Assembly: GCA_049590735.1 (NCBI GenBank)
Contig: JBAWDM010000074.1
Span: 1-47,958, forward strand
Direction of reading: 5' to 3'
Length of the DNA stretch: 47,958 bases
Source of the DNA: Asticcacaulis sp.
GTDB lineage: Bacteria > Pseudomonadota > Alphaproteobacteria > Caulobacterales > Caulobacteraceae
Below are positions 8,869 through 19,189 of this stretch, in pieces. The notes under the pieces are model-generated. The model had not been told where the DNA came from and did not search any database. It saw nothing but the letters and a program-made list of their open reading frames with translations. Within the stretch, counting starts at the first letter, position 1; each line of letters begins with the position of its first letter. The translations under genes and the position numbers were made by a program.

Positions 8869-10557
8869 ATGAGCGAATACAACCCGTCACGCGACGATTT
8901 TGCTGCCCTGCTTGATGAATCCATGCACGGCCGCGACATGCTTGAAGGCCAGGTCATTCACGGCCTCGTCGTCGCTGTCGAAAAAGAATATGTCATGGTC
9001 GATGTCGGTCTGAAGACCGAAGGCCGTATCTCCATCAAAGAATTTGCCCTGGCTGACGGCGCGACCCTTAAGGTCGGCGACAATGTCGAGGTCTATCTTG
9101 AGCGCGTTGAAAACGCCATGGGCGAAGCGGTTATCAGCCGTGAAAAAGCCCGCCGCGAAGAAGCCTGGACTCGCCTTGAAGTAATCTTCAACAAGGGCGA
9201 GCCGGTCATGGGTACGATCGTGGGTCGCGTTAAAGGCGGCTTTACGGTGGATATGGACGGCGCATCCGGCTTCCTGCCCGGTAGCCAGGTCGACATCCGC
9301 CCTGTGCGCGATGTGGCCCCGCTGATGAACAAGGAACAGCCTTTCGCCATTCTGAAAATGGACCGCCCGCGCGGCAATATCGTCGTGTCGCGTCGCGCCA
9401 TCCTCGAAGAAGCCCGTGCAGAACAACGCACTGAGCTGGTCGGTCAACTGGCCGAAGGCGAAATCCGTGACGGCGTTGTCAAGAACATCACCGATTACGG
9501 TGCGTTTGTTGACCTCGGCGGCATTGACGGCCTGCTGCATGTTACCGACATGTCGTGGAAGCGCGTTTCGCATCCATCGCAAGTTCTCAATGTGGGCGAT
9601 GCCGTTAAGGTTCAGATCATTAAGATCAACCCCGACACACAACGTATCTCGCTCGGCATGAAGCAGCTCCAGTCCGATCCGTGGGAAGGTGTTGACCTGA
9701 AATACCCCGTCGGCGGCAAGTTCTCGGGCCGTATCACCAACATCACCGATTACGGCGCCTTTGTTGAGCTGGAATCCGGCGTTGAAGGTCTGGTACACGT
9801 GTCTGAAATGTCCTGGACCAAGAAGAATGTCCATCCGGGCAAGATCGTTTCGACTTCGCAAGAAGTTGACGTGGTCGTCCTCGAAGTGGATGCCGCCAAG
9901 CGCCGCGTCTCGCTCGGCCTCAAGCAAGCTCAGGACAATCCCTGGGATTCGTTCCTGGCCGCGCACCCTGTGGGTTCGACCATCGAAGGCGAAGTCAAGA
10001 ATGCCACGGAATTTGGCCTGTTTATCGGTTTTGAAAACGAAATCGACGGCATGGTTCACCTGTCCGACCTCGACTGGAACCTGCCGGGCGAAGAAGCGAT
10101 TGCCAAGTACAAGAAGGGCGATCTCGTCAAGACCAAGGTTCTCGATGTGGACGTCGAAAAAGAACGCATCTCTCTGGGTATCAAGCAACTGGGCTCTGAT
10201 CCGATGACGGGTGACGTTTACAAGAAGGGTCAAACCATCACTGTGACCGTGACCGAAGTCACCACCGGCGGTATCGAAGTGCGCTTTGGCGACGACGATG
10301 CCCCGATGTCGGCCTTTGTCCGCAAATCAGACCTGTCGCGTGACCGCAACGAACAACGTGTTGAGCGTTTCGCCGTCGGCGACCGTATCGATGCGCAAGT
10401 GACCAATATCGACAAGGCTGCCCGCAAGGTGTCCGTTTCGATCAAGGCGCTGGAAATGTCGGCTGAAAAAGAAGCGATTGAGCAATATGGTTCACAGGAT
10501 TCGGGCGCTTCGCTCGGTGACATCCTGGGTGCGGCTCTGCGCGACAAGCAAAGCTAG
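8869..10557 (+). CDS. rpsA: 30S ribosomal protein S1
   Basis: Repeated S1 domains ([46 protein letters not shown]). Confidence 0.99.
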   Translation: MSEYNPSRDDFAALLDESMHGRDMLEGQVIHGLVVAVEKEYVMVDVGLKTEGRISIKEFALADGATLKVGDNVEVYLERVENAMGEAVISREKARREEAWTRLEVIFNKGEPVMGTIVGRVKGGFTVDMDGASGFLPGSQVDIRPVRDVAPLMNKEQPFAILKMDRPRGNIVVSRRAILEEARAEQRTELVGQLAEGEIRDGVVKNITDYGAFVDLGGIDGLLHVTDMSWKRVSHPSQVLNVGDAVKVQIIKINPDTQRISLGMKQLQSDPWEGVDLKYPVGGKFSGRITNITDYGAFVELESGVEGLVHVSEMSWTKKNVHPGKIVSTSQEVDVVVLEVDAAKRRVSLGLKQAQDNPWDSFLAAHPVGSTIEGEVKNATEFGLFIGFENEIDGMVHLSDLDWNLPGEEAIAKYKKGDLVKTKVLDVDVEKERISLGIKQLGSDPMTGDVYKKGQTITVTVTEVTTGGIEVRFGDDDAPMSAFVRKSDLSRDRNEQRVERFAVGDRIDAQVTNIDKAARKVSVSIKALEMSAEKEAIEQYGSQDSGASLGDILGAALRDKQS

Positions 10558-10606
10558 AATACCGGACAGCATGCCAAACGGCATGTAACCGGATAGCAGA
10601 CCTGAA

Positions 10607-10640
10607 GAAGCCGGAGTCCTGTCAGGGACTTCGGCTTTTT
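10607..10640 (+). terminator. Intrinsic terminator after rpsA
   Basis: AAGCCGGAGTCCT-gtca-GGGACTTCGGCTT running into a T tract. Confidence 0.8.
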
Positions 10641-10750
10641 CGTGTCCCATGACCCTCTGTCGTTGGTCGCTCATTAGAGGAAACAAGGGCGCTAAGCGGC
10701 CCCTGTGCCCGCTGTGACACCACGTCCGCGGCGGGAATGTGGTCGACATC

Positions 10751-10765
10751 TTAAAAAAAACTTAA
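10751..10765. promoter_or_regulatory. CtrA-type box upstream of ihfB
   Basis: TTAA-aaaaaac-TTAA (TTAA-N7-TTAA), about 110 bp before the ihfB ATG. Confidence 0.5.
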
Positions 10766-10872
10766 TGCTGTTAGCGCTATCAATACGTTAATTTATGTCC
10801 AACCCCTTGAACTGGCTTTCATTTTCAATCATGCTCAGTTTTTTCCGGTTTACACGGGTGGACGACATAGCC

Positions 10873-11169
10873 ATGCTAAAATCAGAACTCATTGAGCGAC
10901 TGGCTTCAGAATATCCGCACCTGACGCAAAAAGACGTTGAGCGCGCGGTTAATCTCATTTTAGAATCCATGATTACCACCTTAGAAAAGGGTGGCCGCGT
11001 TGAACTTCGCGGCTTTGGCGCGCTTTCGGTCAGATCACGCCCCGCGCGCGCCGGTCGCAATCCGCGCACCGGTGAATCGGTCAAGGTGCCGGCTAAACAT
11101 GTGCCCTTTTTCAAAAGCGGCAAAGAATTGCGTGAACGCCTCAATCTGAGTGGCGACGATAACGCTTAA
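10873..11169 (+). CDS. ihfB: Integration host factor subunit beta
   Basis: [39 protein letters not shown]. Lies downstream of rpsA. Confidence 0.97.
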   Translation: MLKSELIERLASEYPHLTQKDVERAVNLILESMITTLEKGGRVELRGFGALSVRSRPARAGRNPRTGESVKVPAKHVPFFKSGKELRERLNLSGDDNA

Positions 11170-11193
11170 AAATCTGTCTTTGAGGAAATTCTT

Positions 11194-11595
11194 ATGAGTA
11201 TGGCTTCTGAATTCAAAGCTTTTTTGATGCGCGGCAATGTGGTCGATCTGGCCGTCGGTGTCGTGATCGGCGGCGCCTTTGGCAAGATTGTCACTTCGCT
11301 GGTCAATGATATCATCATGCCCCCCATCGGCTATATGACCGGCGGTGTGGATTTTTCCAAACTTGCCTGGACCCTGCCCGCCTCCAATCCGGATCAGGCC
11401 CCCGTAGTGATCGGCTATGGTCTGTTCATCAACACGATTATTCAGTTTGTCATCATTGGGGCGGCTATCTTCTTTGCCGTCAAGGCGATCAACCGGCTTA
11501 ATCCACCGCCGCCCGCCGCTGAGCCTGCTCCGGCCGGCCCCACTCAGGAAGAGTTGCTGGCGCAAATATTGGCGGAATTGAAAGCCAAGCCTTGA
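11194..11595 (+). CDS. mscL: Large-conductance mechanosensitive channel
   Basis: [45 protein letters not shown]. Confidence 0.97.
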   Translation: MSMASEFKAFLMRGNVVDLAVGVVIGGAFGKIVTSLVNDIIMPPIGYMTGGVDFSKLAWTLPASNPDQAPVVIGYGLFINTIIQFVIIGAAIFFAVKAINRLNPPPPAAEPAPAGPTQEELLAQILAELKAKP

Positions 11596-11596
11596 T

Positions 11597-11628
11597 AAAA
11601 AAGACCGGAGTAAACCTCCGGTCTTTTT
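11597..11628. terminator. Bidirectional intrinsic terminator between mscL and the glucokinase-like gene
   Basis: AAAAAGACCGGAG-taaac-CTCCGGTCTTTTT between convergent genes. Confidence 0.85.
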
Positions 11629-11629
11629 A

Positions 11630-12577
11630 TTATTCAAATAAGGATGCCAGCCCGATAATCGGCATGTCCGAAACCGTCGCTCTATACACGGGAATCTCGC
11701 TGACAAAATCGCTGAGGCGGCCTTTGTCGGTATAGCGCTTCACAAAGGCATCAACATTGAACAGATCCCCCAAAAGATCCAGAAGCTCGCCCGTCAGATA
11801 GATACCGCCGCGCGCGCCCAGCATAAGGCCGGCATCAGAGGCAAAGGCCGCAAACCAGCCCATACTGAGATCAACGCATTGCCTTGCCCGGGCATCGCCT
11901 GCGGATGCCAGAGCGATAATTTCCTCAACGCCTCGAATCGCTTCGCCTGAGCCGTCAATGTGCACCAAAGCTTCCCAGATGTTGGAAAGGCCCGATGTGG
12001 ACACGACCCGTTCACGCGAGACATGACCGAATTTTTGCACCAGAAAACGCAACACAGCATCTTCGGTCTCATTCGTGGCCGCCAAGTCGGAATGGCCCCC
12101 TTCGGTCGGCATAACCGTCCATCCGCCCAGTCCATCCGGCGCCAGCGCAGAAATACCCAAACCTGTGTGCGGGCCAATCACGGCCATCACCTGCTCAGGT
12201 ATAGCATCGCCACCACAGATTTTGACATATTCATTGGGCTCAAGGCGCGGAACAGCCAGAGCCAGGGCGACAAAATCATTGATCAGATTGACACGTTGGG
12301 TTTGCAGGAATTCGCGCATATCCTGACGGTCAATAGAAAAGCCGTGATTGGGTAATTGCACCACACCCTGACGATCCCAGCCGGGCACCGAAATAGCCGC
12401 GCCAAAAAGCTCAGGCGAGCCCTGAGCATCCAGATAATCGCGAATTGCAGTTTTAAAACTGTCTAAGCCCTTGCAAGCATATTGCGCAATATCCCGCGCC
12501 CGCTCACCTGGCTTTGAGACAGCCAGTCTAAGATAGTTTGGATTTGTCATGTTGCTTAACAACACAAACCTGGTCAT
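11630..12577 (-). CDS. Glucokinase-family (E. coli Glk-type) protein with degenerate ATP-binding motifs
   Basis: LINDF, GPHTGLG, EGGH, GHVSRER, DKGR and IPVY align with Glk. The N-terminal DxGGT motif is absent. Confidence 0.85.
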   Translation of the reverse strand: MTRFVLLSNMTNPNYLRLAVSKPGERARDIAQYACKGLDSFKTAIRDYLDAQGSPELFGAAISVPGWDRQGVVQLPNHGFSIDRQDMREFLQTQRVNLINDFVALALAVPRLEPNEYVKICGGDAIPEQVMAVIGPHTGLGISALAPDGLGGWTVMPTEGGHSDLAATNETEDAVLRFLVQKFGHVSRERVVSTSGLSNIWEALVHIDGSGEAIRGVEEIIALASAGDARARQCVDLSMGWFAAFASDAGLMLGARGGIYLTGELLDLLGDLFNVDAFVKRYTDKGRLSDFVSEIPVYRATVSDMPIIGLASLFE

Positions 12578-12724
12578 GATTTCGTCCCCGTATATTTTAT
12601 TATTTTAACCACCACATAGAAAAAAGACGATCTGTGGGTTGGTTTAATTATATTGGAAATCTATATGGTGAAACTTGATGATTACTAAAGATTATTCCAA
12701 AAATATGAGCTGATCAGGTGTTTT

Positions 12725-13387
12725 ATGCGCATACAGGTGAAAATTTGCGGGATTTCTACGCTGACGGCGGCAAGAACGGCGCTTGAAAACGGTGCGGATT
12801 ATCTCGGCTTTATCTCTTTTGCCAAAAGCCCGCGTCACCTGTCCCTTCAGGCCATGGCCGGTTTAATGCAGGCCATTCGTCATGAAAACATTCATGAAAA
12901 TCGCAATGTCCCGCTGGTCAGTGTTGTGGTCAATCCGGACGATGATCTGCTGGAAGCCCTTACAACCACTGTAAAGCCGGATATGATCCAGTTGCATGGC
13001 AAGGAAACGCCGAAACGTGTGGCGGACATCAAGTCGCGCTTCAACATCCCGCTCATCAAAGCCATCAGTGTCAGCGAAAAAGCTGACCTCAATCAGGCAG
13101 CCGCCTATGAGCCCTATGTCGATTATCTGATGTTCGATGCCAAAACGCCCAAAGATGCCGCCATGCCCGGCGGACTGGGTCTCTTTTTCGACTGGTCGCT
13201 CATGCATGACTATGCCGGCACGAAACCGTGGTTTTTAGCGGGCGGGCTCAATGCCGATAATGCCCATAAGGCGGTAAACACATCGGGGGCGCTGCGACTT
13301 GATGTGTCATCCGGTGTCGAATCTGTCGCAGGCGTAAAGGATAACACGCTGATTTCGGCCTTTCTTAAAACGGCAAAGTCGTTATAA
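12725..13387 (+). CDS. trpF: Phosphoribosylanthranilate isomerase
   Basis: VKICGI, KSPR, IQLHGKE, LAGGLNADN, DVSSGVES. Confidence 0.97.
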   Translation: MRIQVKICGISTLTAARTALENGADYLGFISFAKSPRHLSLQAMAGLMQAIRHENIHENRNVPLVSVVVNPDDDLLEALTTTVKPDMIQLHGKETPKRVADIKSRFNIPLIKAISVSEKADLNQAAAYEPYVDYLMFDAKTPKDAAMPGGLGLFFDWSLMHDYAGTKPWFLAGGLNADNAHKAVNTSGALRLDVSSGVESVAGVKDNTLISAFLKTAKSL

Positions 13388-13414
13388 AGCGGTTTCTTTC
13401 ATGTTCGCTCAAGC

Positions 13415-13463
13415 GCCGCGAGGGCTTTCCTCGCTAAAGCTCGGGCGGGCAGTCGCCCTTGCC
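13415..13463 (+). repeat. Interspersed palindromic (REP-like) element, copy 1
   Basis: GGCGGGCAGTCGCCCTTGCC at 13444-13463 is the exact reverse complement of 27102-27121, and the upstream flank is also similar. Confidence 0.7.
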
Positions 13464-13509
13464 AAACGATAAAACGTTTGGAGTTTATAATCTAAAAGGA
13501 AATATCACG

Positions 13510-14745
13510 GTGAGCGATCCCGTTTTGCGACCCAATAGCTATGCACAGCCTGACCCAAAGGGTCGGTTTGGTGATTTTGGTGGCCTGTATGTGCCCGAAA
13601 CCCTGATGCCCTTGGTTTTGGAACTGACTGAGGCCTGGCAGGACGCAAAAAATGATCCCGCCTTCTGGGCTGAATATCACAGCCTGCTGAAGCATTTTGT
13701 CGGTCGCCCCTCACCGCTCTATTTCGCAGAACGCCTGACGCAGCATCATGGCGGCGCGAAAATCTATTTCAAGCGCGAAGAACTGAACCATACCGGCGCG
13801 CACAAGATCAATAACTGCATCGGTCAGGTTTTGCTGGCCAAACGCATGGGGCGCACCCGCATCATCGCGGAAACCGGCGCAGGCCAGCATGGCGTTGCCT
13901 CGGCCACTGTTTGCGCCAAGTTTGACCTGCCGCTCGTGGTCTATATGGGTGCCAAGGACGTTGACCGTCAGGCCCCCAATGTGTTCCGCATGAAGCTGAT
14001 GGGGGCCGAGGTTGCCCCCGTCACCAATGGCGCTGGCACCCTGAAAGACGCCCTCAATGAAGCCCTGCGCGACTGGGTCACCAATGTGCATGACACCTAT
14101 TACATGATCGGCACCGCCGCCGGCATGCACCCCTATCCCGAAATGGTGCGCGATTTTCAGGCTGTGATCGGCAAAGAAACCCGCGAACAAATTCTGGAAA
14201 TGGAAGGCCGCCTGCCGGACGCCGTCATTGCCTGTGTCGGTGGCGGCTCCAATGCTATTGGCATGTTCCACCCCTTTATTAACGACGAAACGGTGCGCCT
14301 GGTCGGCGTCGAAGCCTCCGGTCATGGTTTGGATGTCTATAATGGTCACGCTGCCTCGCTTAACGGCGGCCGCCCGGGCGTTTTGCATGGTAACCGCACC
14401 TATCTGCTGCAGGATGAAGATGGTCAGATCCTCGAAGGCCATTCAATATCGGCGGGCCTTGATTACCCCGGCATCGGGCCGGAGCATGCCTATCTGCATG
14501 AGATCAAACGGGCGCAATATATCACCTGTACGGACGCAGAAGCCCTTGAGGCCTTTGCCCTCACCAGCAAGTTAGAGGGCATTATTCCGGCTTTGGAATC
14601 CTCACACGCCATTGCCAAGGTCGGTGATCTGGCCCGCGAAGTGGGCAAGGACGGCATCGTCGTGCTGAACCTGTCCGGACGCGGCGATAAGGACATTGCC
14701 ACGGTCGCTAAATCTATGGGCGAAGCCGGAGGGATCACCGGATGA
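13510..14745 (+). CDS. trpB: Tryptophan synthase beta subunit
   Basis: [50 protein letters not shown]13510 start chosen from SD AAAGGA. Confidence 0.98.
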   Translation: MSDPVLRPNSYAQPDPKGRFGDFGGLYVPETLMPLVLELTEAWQDAKNDPAFWAEYHSLLKHFVGRPSPLYFAERLTQHHGGAKIYFKREELNHTGAHKINNCIGQVLLAKRMGRTRIIAETGAGQHGVASATVCAKFDLPLVVYMGAKDVDRQAPNVFRMKLMGAEVAPVTNGAGTLKDALNEALRDWVTNVHDTYYMIGTAAGMHPYPEMVRDFQAVIGKETREQILEMEGRLPDAVIACVGGGSNAIGMFHPFINDETVRLVGVEASGHGLDVYNGHAASLNGGRPGVLHGNRTYLLQDEDGQILEGHSISAGLDYPGIGPEHAYLHEIKRAQYITCTDAEALEAFALTSKLEGIIPALESSHAIAKVGDLAREVGKDGIVVLNLSGRGDKDIATVAKSMGEAGGITG

Positions 14746-15560
14746 GCGTCGCCCGTATTGATAAGCGTTTCGCCGAGTTGAAAGCGCAAAACAAGGCCGC
14801 CTTTATTGCCTATATCATGGCCGGTGACCCTGATCTGGAAACAGCCTTTGAGATTCTCAAAGGCTTGCCTGCCGCCGGTGCCGATCTGATCGAGCTGGGT
14901 TTTCCCTTCTCTGATCCGATGGCAGAAGGCCCGACCATCCAGCATGCCGCCGAACGCGCCATAGCGGCCGGCACCAAGATGCGCCATGTGTTTGAGCTGG
15001 TGCGCCGTTTCCGCGAACTGGATCAGGACACGCCCCTTATCCTGATGGGTTATATGAATCCGGTCGATTTCATGGGCTATGACGCCTTTGCTGAGGCTGC
15101 CGCCAAAGCCGGTGCAGACGGCATGATCATTGTCGACTGCCCGCCCGAAGAAGCGGATGCGCTCACCGATGCGCTGGATGCCAATGATATGGCGCTTATT
15201 CGTCTGGCCACGCCGACAACGGATGCCAGCCGATTGAAAACCTTAGTAAAACGTACACGCGGCTTTATCTATTATGTGTCGGTTGCCGGTGTCACTGGCG
15301 TCAAATCTGTCAATGCCGATGCCATTGCCGATCAGGTCGCCCGTGTGCGCGAAGCCTCCGGTTTGCCAGTGGCGGTCGGTTTTGGTATACGCACGCCTGA
15401 AAGTGCTGCGGCCGTGGCCAAAATCGCCGATGCGGCGGTTGTCGGCTCGGCTCTGGTGGATGAGATCAAGACATCTTTACTGGAAAACACCCCGCCTGAA
15501 ACGAAAGTGCTGGAAAAGGCCGCGCTTTTGGCACAGGCTGTGCATATGGCACGGACATAA
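14742..15560 (+). CDS. trpA: Tryptophan synthase alpha subunit
   Basis: [41 protein letters not shown] overlap with trpB. Confidence 0.98.
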   Translation: MSVARIDKRFAELKAQNKAAFIAYIMAGDPDLETAFEILKGLPAAGADLIELGFPFSDPMAEGPTIQHAAERAIAAGTKMRHVFELVRRFRELDQDTPLILMGYMNPVDFMGYDAFAEAAAKAGADGMIIVDCPPEEADALTDALDANDMALIRLATPTTDASRLKTLVKRTRGFIYYVSVAGVTGVKSVNADAIADQVARVREASGLPVAVGFGIRTPESAAAVAKIADAAVVGSALVDEIKTSLLENTPPETKVLEKAALLAQAVHMART

Positions 15561-15577
15561 CCGGAGTTACTTAGAGT

Positions 15578-16504
15578 ATGGCTATGGCTGATAAGTCGAA
15601 CAAAGGCCCCAAATTGCCCCCTAAAAACACTGAGCGCCGCGAACGTGGCGGCTGGCTGTCCAAGATTGCGCCGGGTATTTCCAATCTGGTCAATCGCCGC
15701 GAAACGCCGGAAAATTTGTGGATCAAGGATCCCGACAGCGGTGATATGATCTATCGCTCCGATCTCGAGGCTGCGCTTTGGGTGACGCCCAGCGGTCGCC
15801 ATATGCGCATCGGGCCCAAGGCACGCATGCAATACACCTTTGATGACGCGCAATGGGAAAGTCTGCCTACGCCCGAAGTCACCGAAGACCCTCTGCATTT
15901 TTCCGACGACAAACCCTATAAGGATCGCCTGAAGGCTGCCCGTGCCGCCACAGGTGAGCGCGATGTCATGGCCATGGGCTATGGGGCTGTGCAGGGTCAG
16001 AACTGCATCCTTTTGGTGCAGGATTTCGCCTTTATGGGCGGATCGCTGGGTATGGCTGCCGGAGAAGGTTTTATTGCCGCCGCTGAGGCTGCCATTGCCC
16101 GCAAATGCCCGATGGTGGTCTTTACCGCCGCCGGCGGTGCTCGCATGCAAGAAGGCGCTTTGTCGCTGATGCAGATGGCGCGCACGACCTTGGCGATTCA
16201 AGACCTCAAAAAAGCGCAACTGCCCTATATTGTTGTGCTGACCGATCCGACCACGGGCGGGGTTACGGCGTCCTATGCCATGTTGGGTGATATCCATCTG
16301 GCCGAACCCGGCGCGCTGATCTGTTTTGCCGGCCCGCGTGTCATCGAAAGCACCATCCGCGAAAAGCTGCCTGAAGGCTTCCAACGCTCAGAGTTTCTGG
16401 TCGAAAAAGGCATGGTGGATCGTGTCGTGCCACGCAATGAACTGCCCGAAGTCTTAGGTGCGCTCATGGCCATGCTGATGAATGGCAAACGCCGCGCCGC
16501 TTAA
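15578..16504 (+). CDS. accD: Acetyl-CoA carboxylase carboxyltransferase beta subunit
   Basis: DFAFMGGSLG, GGARMQEG, PTTGGVTASYAMLGD, FAGPRVIE, LPEGFQRSEFL. Confidence 0.97.
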   Translation: MAMADKSNKGPKLPPKNTERRERGGWLSKIAPGISNLVNRRETPENLWIKDPDSGDMIYRSDLEAALWVTPSGRHMRIGPKARMQYTFDDAQWESLPTPEVTEDPLHFSDDKPYKDRLKAARAATGERDVMAMGYGAVQGQNCILLVQDFAFMGGSLGMAAGEGFIAAAEAAIARKCPMVVFTAAGGARMQEGALSLMQMARTTLAIQDLKKAQLPYIVVLTDPTTGGVTASYAMLGDIHLAEPGALICFAGPRVIESTIREKLPEGFQRSEFLVEKGMVDRVVPRNELPEVLGALMAMLMNGKRRAA

Positions 16505-16812
16505 GTCTCAACAAAGGTTTGCAGGTTTTTCAGTTGCGCATCCCATTGACGGGCGCGCATCTCCAACCAATTTTGCGCCTGCGCTAAGCGTTCGTGTTTT
16601 AGTGTCCATGAACTGCTACGGCCCAGACGTACACATTGCACCAGACCTGCTTTTTCCAGCACATACAGGTGTTTGGTCACCGCCTGACGTGTCATCTGCC
16701 CGCCCCTGGTGAGATCAACAATAGACGCAGGCCCGCCTGCCCCTAACCTATCCACCAATTGCAAGCGGGTTTCATCACCCAAGGCCGCAAACAGTTCAGC
16801 ATTATCTGGCAA
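16501..16812 (-). CDS. ArsR/SmtB-family transcriptional regulator
   Basis: LFAALGDETRLQLV, TRQAVTKHLYVLEKAGLV helix-turn-helix. Confidence 0.9.
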   Translation of the reverse strand: MPDNAELFAALGDETRLQLVDRLGAGGPASIVDLTRGGQMTRQAVTKHLYVLEKAGLVQCVRLGRSSSWTLKHERLAQAQNWLEMRARQWDAQLKNLQTFVET

Positions 16813-17281
16813 GGTAGGCCTCGATCAGCTTGGTTTGCGCGGCCCATCCGCCTGCATTCATCAACATGGCTTCATGACGGCGATGCTCAGGCAGCTTATC
16901 AAAACCGGACTCCGTGATCACCAGATGCACCCCACCTTCAACAGGCGACAGCATAAACCGGCACACGGTCATGGGTTCGTCGCTATAATCATGCCCCTTA
17001 TCGACCGCATAGGGATGCCAGTAAAAGCTAAAACAGGTCTTGGGTGTGAGCTCACCGACTTTGATCTCAAACGGGGTGCCCTCATGTGGCTTTTGCGCGG
17101 CGGCCACCTCATCATTGACCGTTGTGGGTACAATCACGCCTTTGAGCGGTTGACCGGCTACAAACGGCCCATCAAAGCGCACGCCAAACCAAAGTCCGAA
17201 TTGTTGCGCGTCACTTATAGCAGCCCAAACCTTATCGAGTGACGCTTTTAGGCTGATCTCTTTACGGATTTCATCTGTCAT
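16802..17281 (-). CDS. SRPBCC/AHSA1 ligand-binding domain protein
   Basis: IRKEISLKASLDKVWAAISD, FYWHPY, LVITESGFDKLP, NAGGW. Start placed at ATG 17281. Confidence 0.88.
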   Translation of the reverse strand: MTDEIRKEISLKASLDKVWAAISDAQQFGLWFGVRFDGPFVAGQPLKGVIVPTTVNDEVAAAQKPHEGTPFEIKVGELTPKTCFSFYWHPYAVDKGHDYSDEPMTVCRFMLSPVEGGVHLVITESGFDKLPEHRRHEAMLMNAGGWAAQTKLIEAYLAR

Positions 17282-17283
17282 TT

Positions 17284-17344
17284 GGCAACTCCTTGGCTGC
17301 CTTTTCATATGACGAAACACGCTAATACGCAACCAAAAAGTTGC
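17284..17344. promoter_or_regulatory. Two palindromic operators (GCAAC-N6-GTTGC type) upstream of SRPBCC-ArsR
   Basis: GCAAC-caaaaa-GTTGC at 17329-17344 and GGCAAC-tccttg-GCTGCC at 17284-17301. Confidence 0.65.
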
Positions 17345-17350
17345 TAATTA

Positions 17351-19189
17351 TTACTCGACTGTCACCGACTTAGCGAGATTGCGCGGTTGATCGACATCTG
17401 TGCCCTTATGGACCGCGGTGTGATAGGCCAGCAACTGAATGGGTACAGAATAGATCAAAGCCGCGATAAACGGATCGCAATCAGGGGCCTTGATGAGCTT
17501 TAGAACACGCGCAGCATCGCCCGATAAGGTTGGGGCTTTTTCAGGCACATTGGTAATCATAATCACCCGCCCGCCGCGCGCCGCGACCTCCTGAACGTTT
17601 GAAGCCGTCTTTTCAAACAGCTCATCATCAGGGGCGATGACAACGACAGGCGTATTTTCGTCAATAAGAGCAATCGGGCCGTGCTTAAGCTCGCCTGCCG
17701 CATAGCCTTCGGCATGTATATAGCTGATTTCCTTAAGTTTTAATGCCCCCTCAAGCGCCAGCGGGAACATCTCACCGCGCCCCAGATAGATGACATCGCG
17801 CGCCTTAGACAGATCATAGGTCATGCGGGTAATTTCGGCATCCATACTAAGCGCTTCTGCCATCAGGCCGGGGGATTCCAGCAAGGTCTGCACCAGACGC
17901 GCTTCTTCGGACGCGTCGATCTGGCCGCGTTGCACGGCGGCGCAAACCACCAGGGACAACAGGGCCGAAAGCTGGGCCGTGAACGCCTTGGTGGAGGCCA
18001 CACCGATCTCGGGGCCTGCGTGGGTCGGCCATAAAATATCGGCTTCCCGCGCCATGGTCGAGGAATGGACATTGACCAAAGCGGCGGTTTTCAGGCCGTT
18101 TTGCTGACACCAACGCAAGGCCGCCAGCGTATCAGCCGTTTCCCCCGATTGAGAGACGGCCAGCGCCAGCGTACCGGAGGCCACGGCCGGTGTGCGATAC
18201 CGAAATTCAGACGCCACTTCAACATCGACCGGCAGACCGGCAATTTTTTCAAAGGCATAACGGGCGATCGAACCGGCATAAAAAGCCGTGCCACAGGCAA
18301 TGATTTGCAGGCGCGACACCTGCGCAAAATCTATGCCGGCCTTGATATCAGCACGGACAGATTGCGCCACCGGATCCAGATAGGCCGAAAGCGTACGTTG
18401 CGTGCTTTCCGGCTGCTCGTGCACCTCCTTTTCCATAAAGTGACGATAGGCGCCCTTTTCGACCATAGCGGCAGACGCCGGCACATGCACAGTGGCGCGA
18501 TTAACCAGCGTACCGGCTGCATTACGCACCTCAGCCTGATCGGCGTTCAGAATCACCCAATCCCCTTCTTCGAGATAGGTGACATATTGCGTAAACGGCC
18601 CGACCGCCAAAGCATCGGAGCCAAGGTACATTTCGCCTTCGCCCCAGCCCACAACAAGCGGCGAGCCACGGCGTGCGCCCAAAAGCGTATCCGGCGCGCC
18701 GTCCACCATAATCGCCAGCGCATAAGCCCCGTGCAACTGATCCAGCACAGCCTTGAAGGCATCTTTTAAAGACAGGCCTGAGTCTAAGGCACCATCCAGC
18801 ATATGCGCGATCACTTCGGTATCGGTATCCGAATCAAACACCTGTCCTTTGGCCAGCAATTCGGCCTTAAGGTCCGCAAAATTCTCGATAATGCCATTAT
18901 GCACCAGCATGACACGGCCATAGGCATGCGGATGCGCATTAGCTAAGTTCGGTGCGCCATGCGTGGCCCAGCGCGTATGGCCTATGCCGGTCGTGCCTTC
19001 AACCGGATCAGAGGTAATGACGGCCTCCAGATTGCGAATTTTTCCGGCGGCGCGGCGGCGCTTAAGGCCCTTAGGCGTTTGCACGGCAATGCCTGCACTG
19101 TCATAGCCGCGATATTCCAGGCGGCGTAAACTTTCCAGCAAACGGGGTGCCACGGGGGTTTTGCCGATGATACCAATAATGCCGCACAT
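17351..19189 (-). CDS. glmS: Glutamine--fructose-6-phosphate transaminase (isomerizing)
   Basis: MCGIIG, LEYRGYDSAG, GHTRWATHG, SQSGETADT, VDQPRNLAKSVTVE. Confidence 0.99.
   Translation of the reverse strand: MCGIIGIIGKTPVAPRLLESLRRLEYRGYDSAGIAVQTPKGLKRRRAAGKIRNLEAVITSDPVEGTTGIGHTRWATHGAPNLANAHPHAYGRVMLVHNGIIENFADLKAELLAKGQVFDSDTDTEVIAHMLDGALDSGLSLKDAFKAVLDQLHGAYALAIMVDGAPDTLLGARRGSPLVVGWGEGEMYLGSDALAVGPFTQYVTYLEEGDWVILNADQAEVRNAAGTLVNRATVHVPASAAMVEKGAYRHFMEKEVHEQPESTQRTLSAYLDPVAQSVRADIKAGIDFAQVSRLQIIACGTAFYAGSIARYAFEKIAGLPVDVEVASEFRYRTPAVASGTLALAVSQSGETADTLAALRWCQQNGLKTAALVNVHSSTMAREADILWPTHAGPEIGVASTKAFTAQLSALLSLVVCAAVQRGQIDASEEARLVQTLLESPGLMAEALSMDAEITRMTYDLSKARDVIYLGRGEMFPLALEGALKLKEISYIHAEGYAAGELKHGPIALIDENTPVVVIAPDDELFEKTASNVQEVAARGGRVIMITNVPEKAPTLSGDAARVLKLIKAPDCDPFIAALIYSVPIQLLAYHTAVHKGTDVDQPRNLAKSVTVE

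Noticed and set aside
8887..10233. 448-aa ORF antisense to rpsA, and similar long antisense ORFs over ffh, trpB, accD, glmM, kup, hslU and hemY
   Set aside because: These are shadow ORFs produced by codon bias of the real genes on the opposite strand, and they carry no recognisable motifs.
12578..12724. trp attenuator or MITE in the AT-rich spacer before trpF
   Set aside because: No Trp-codon leader peptide or terminator. The inverted repeats are imperfect and expected in AT-rich DNA.
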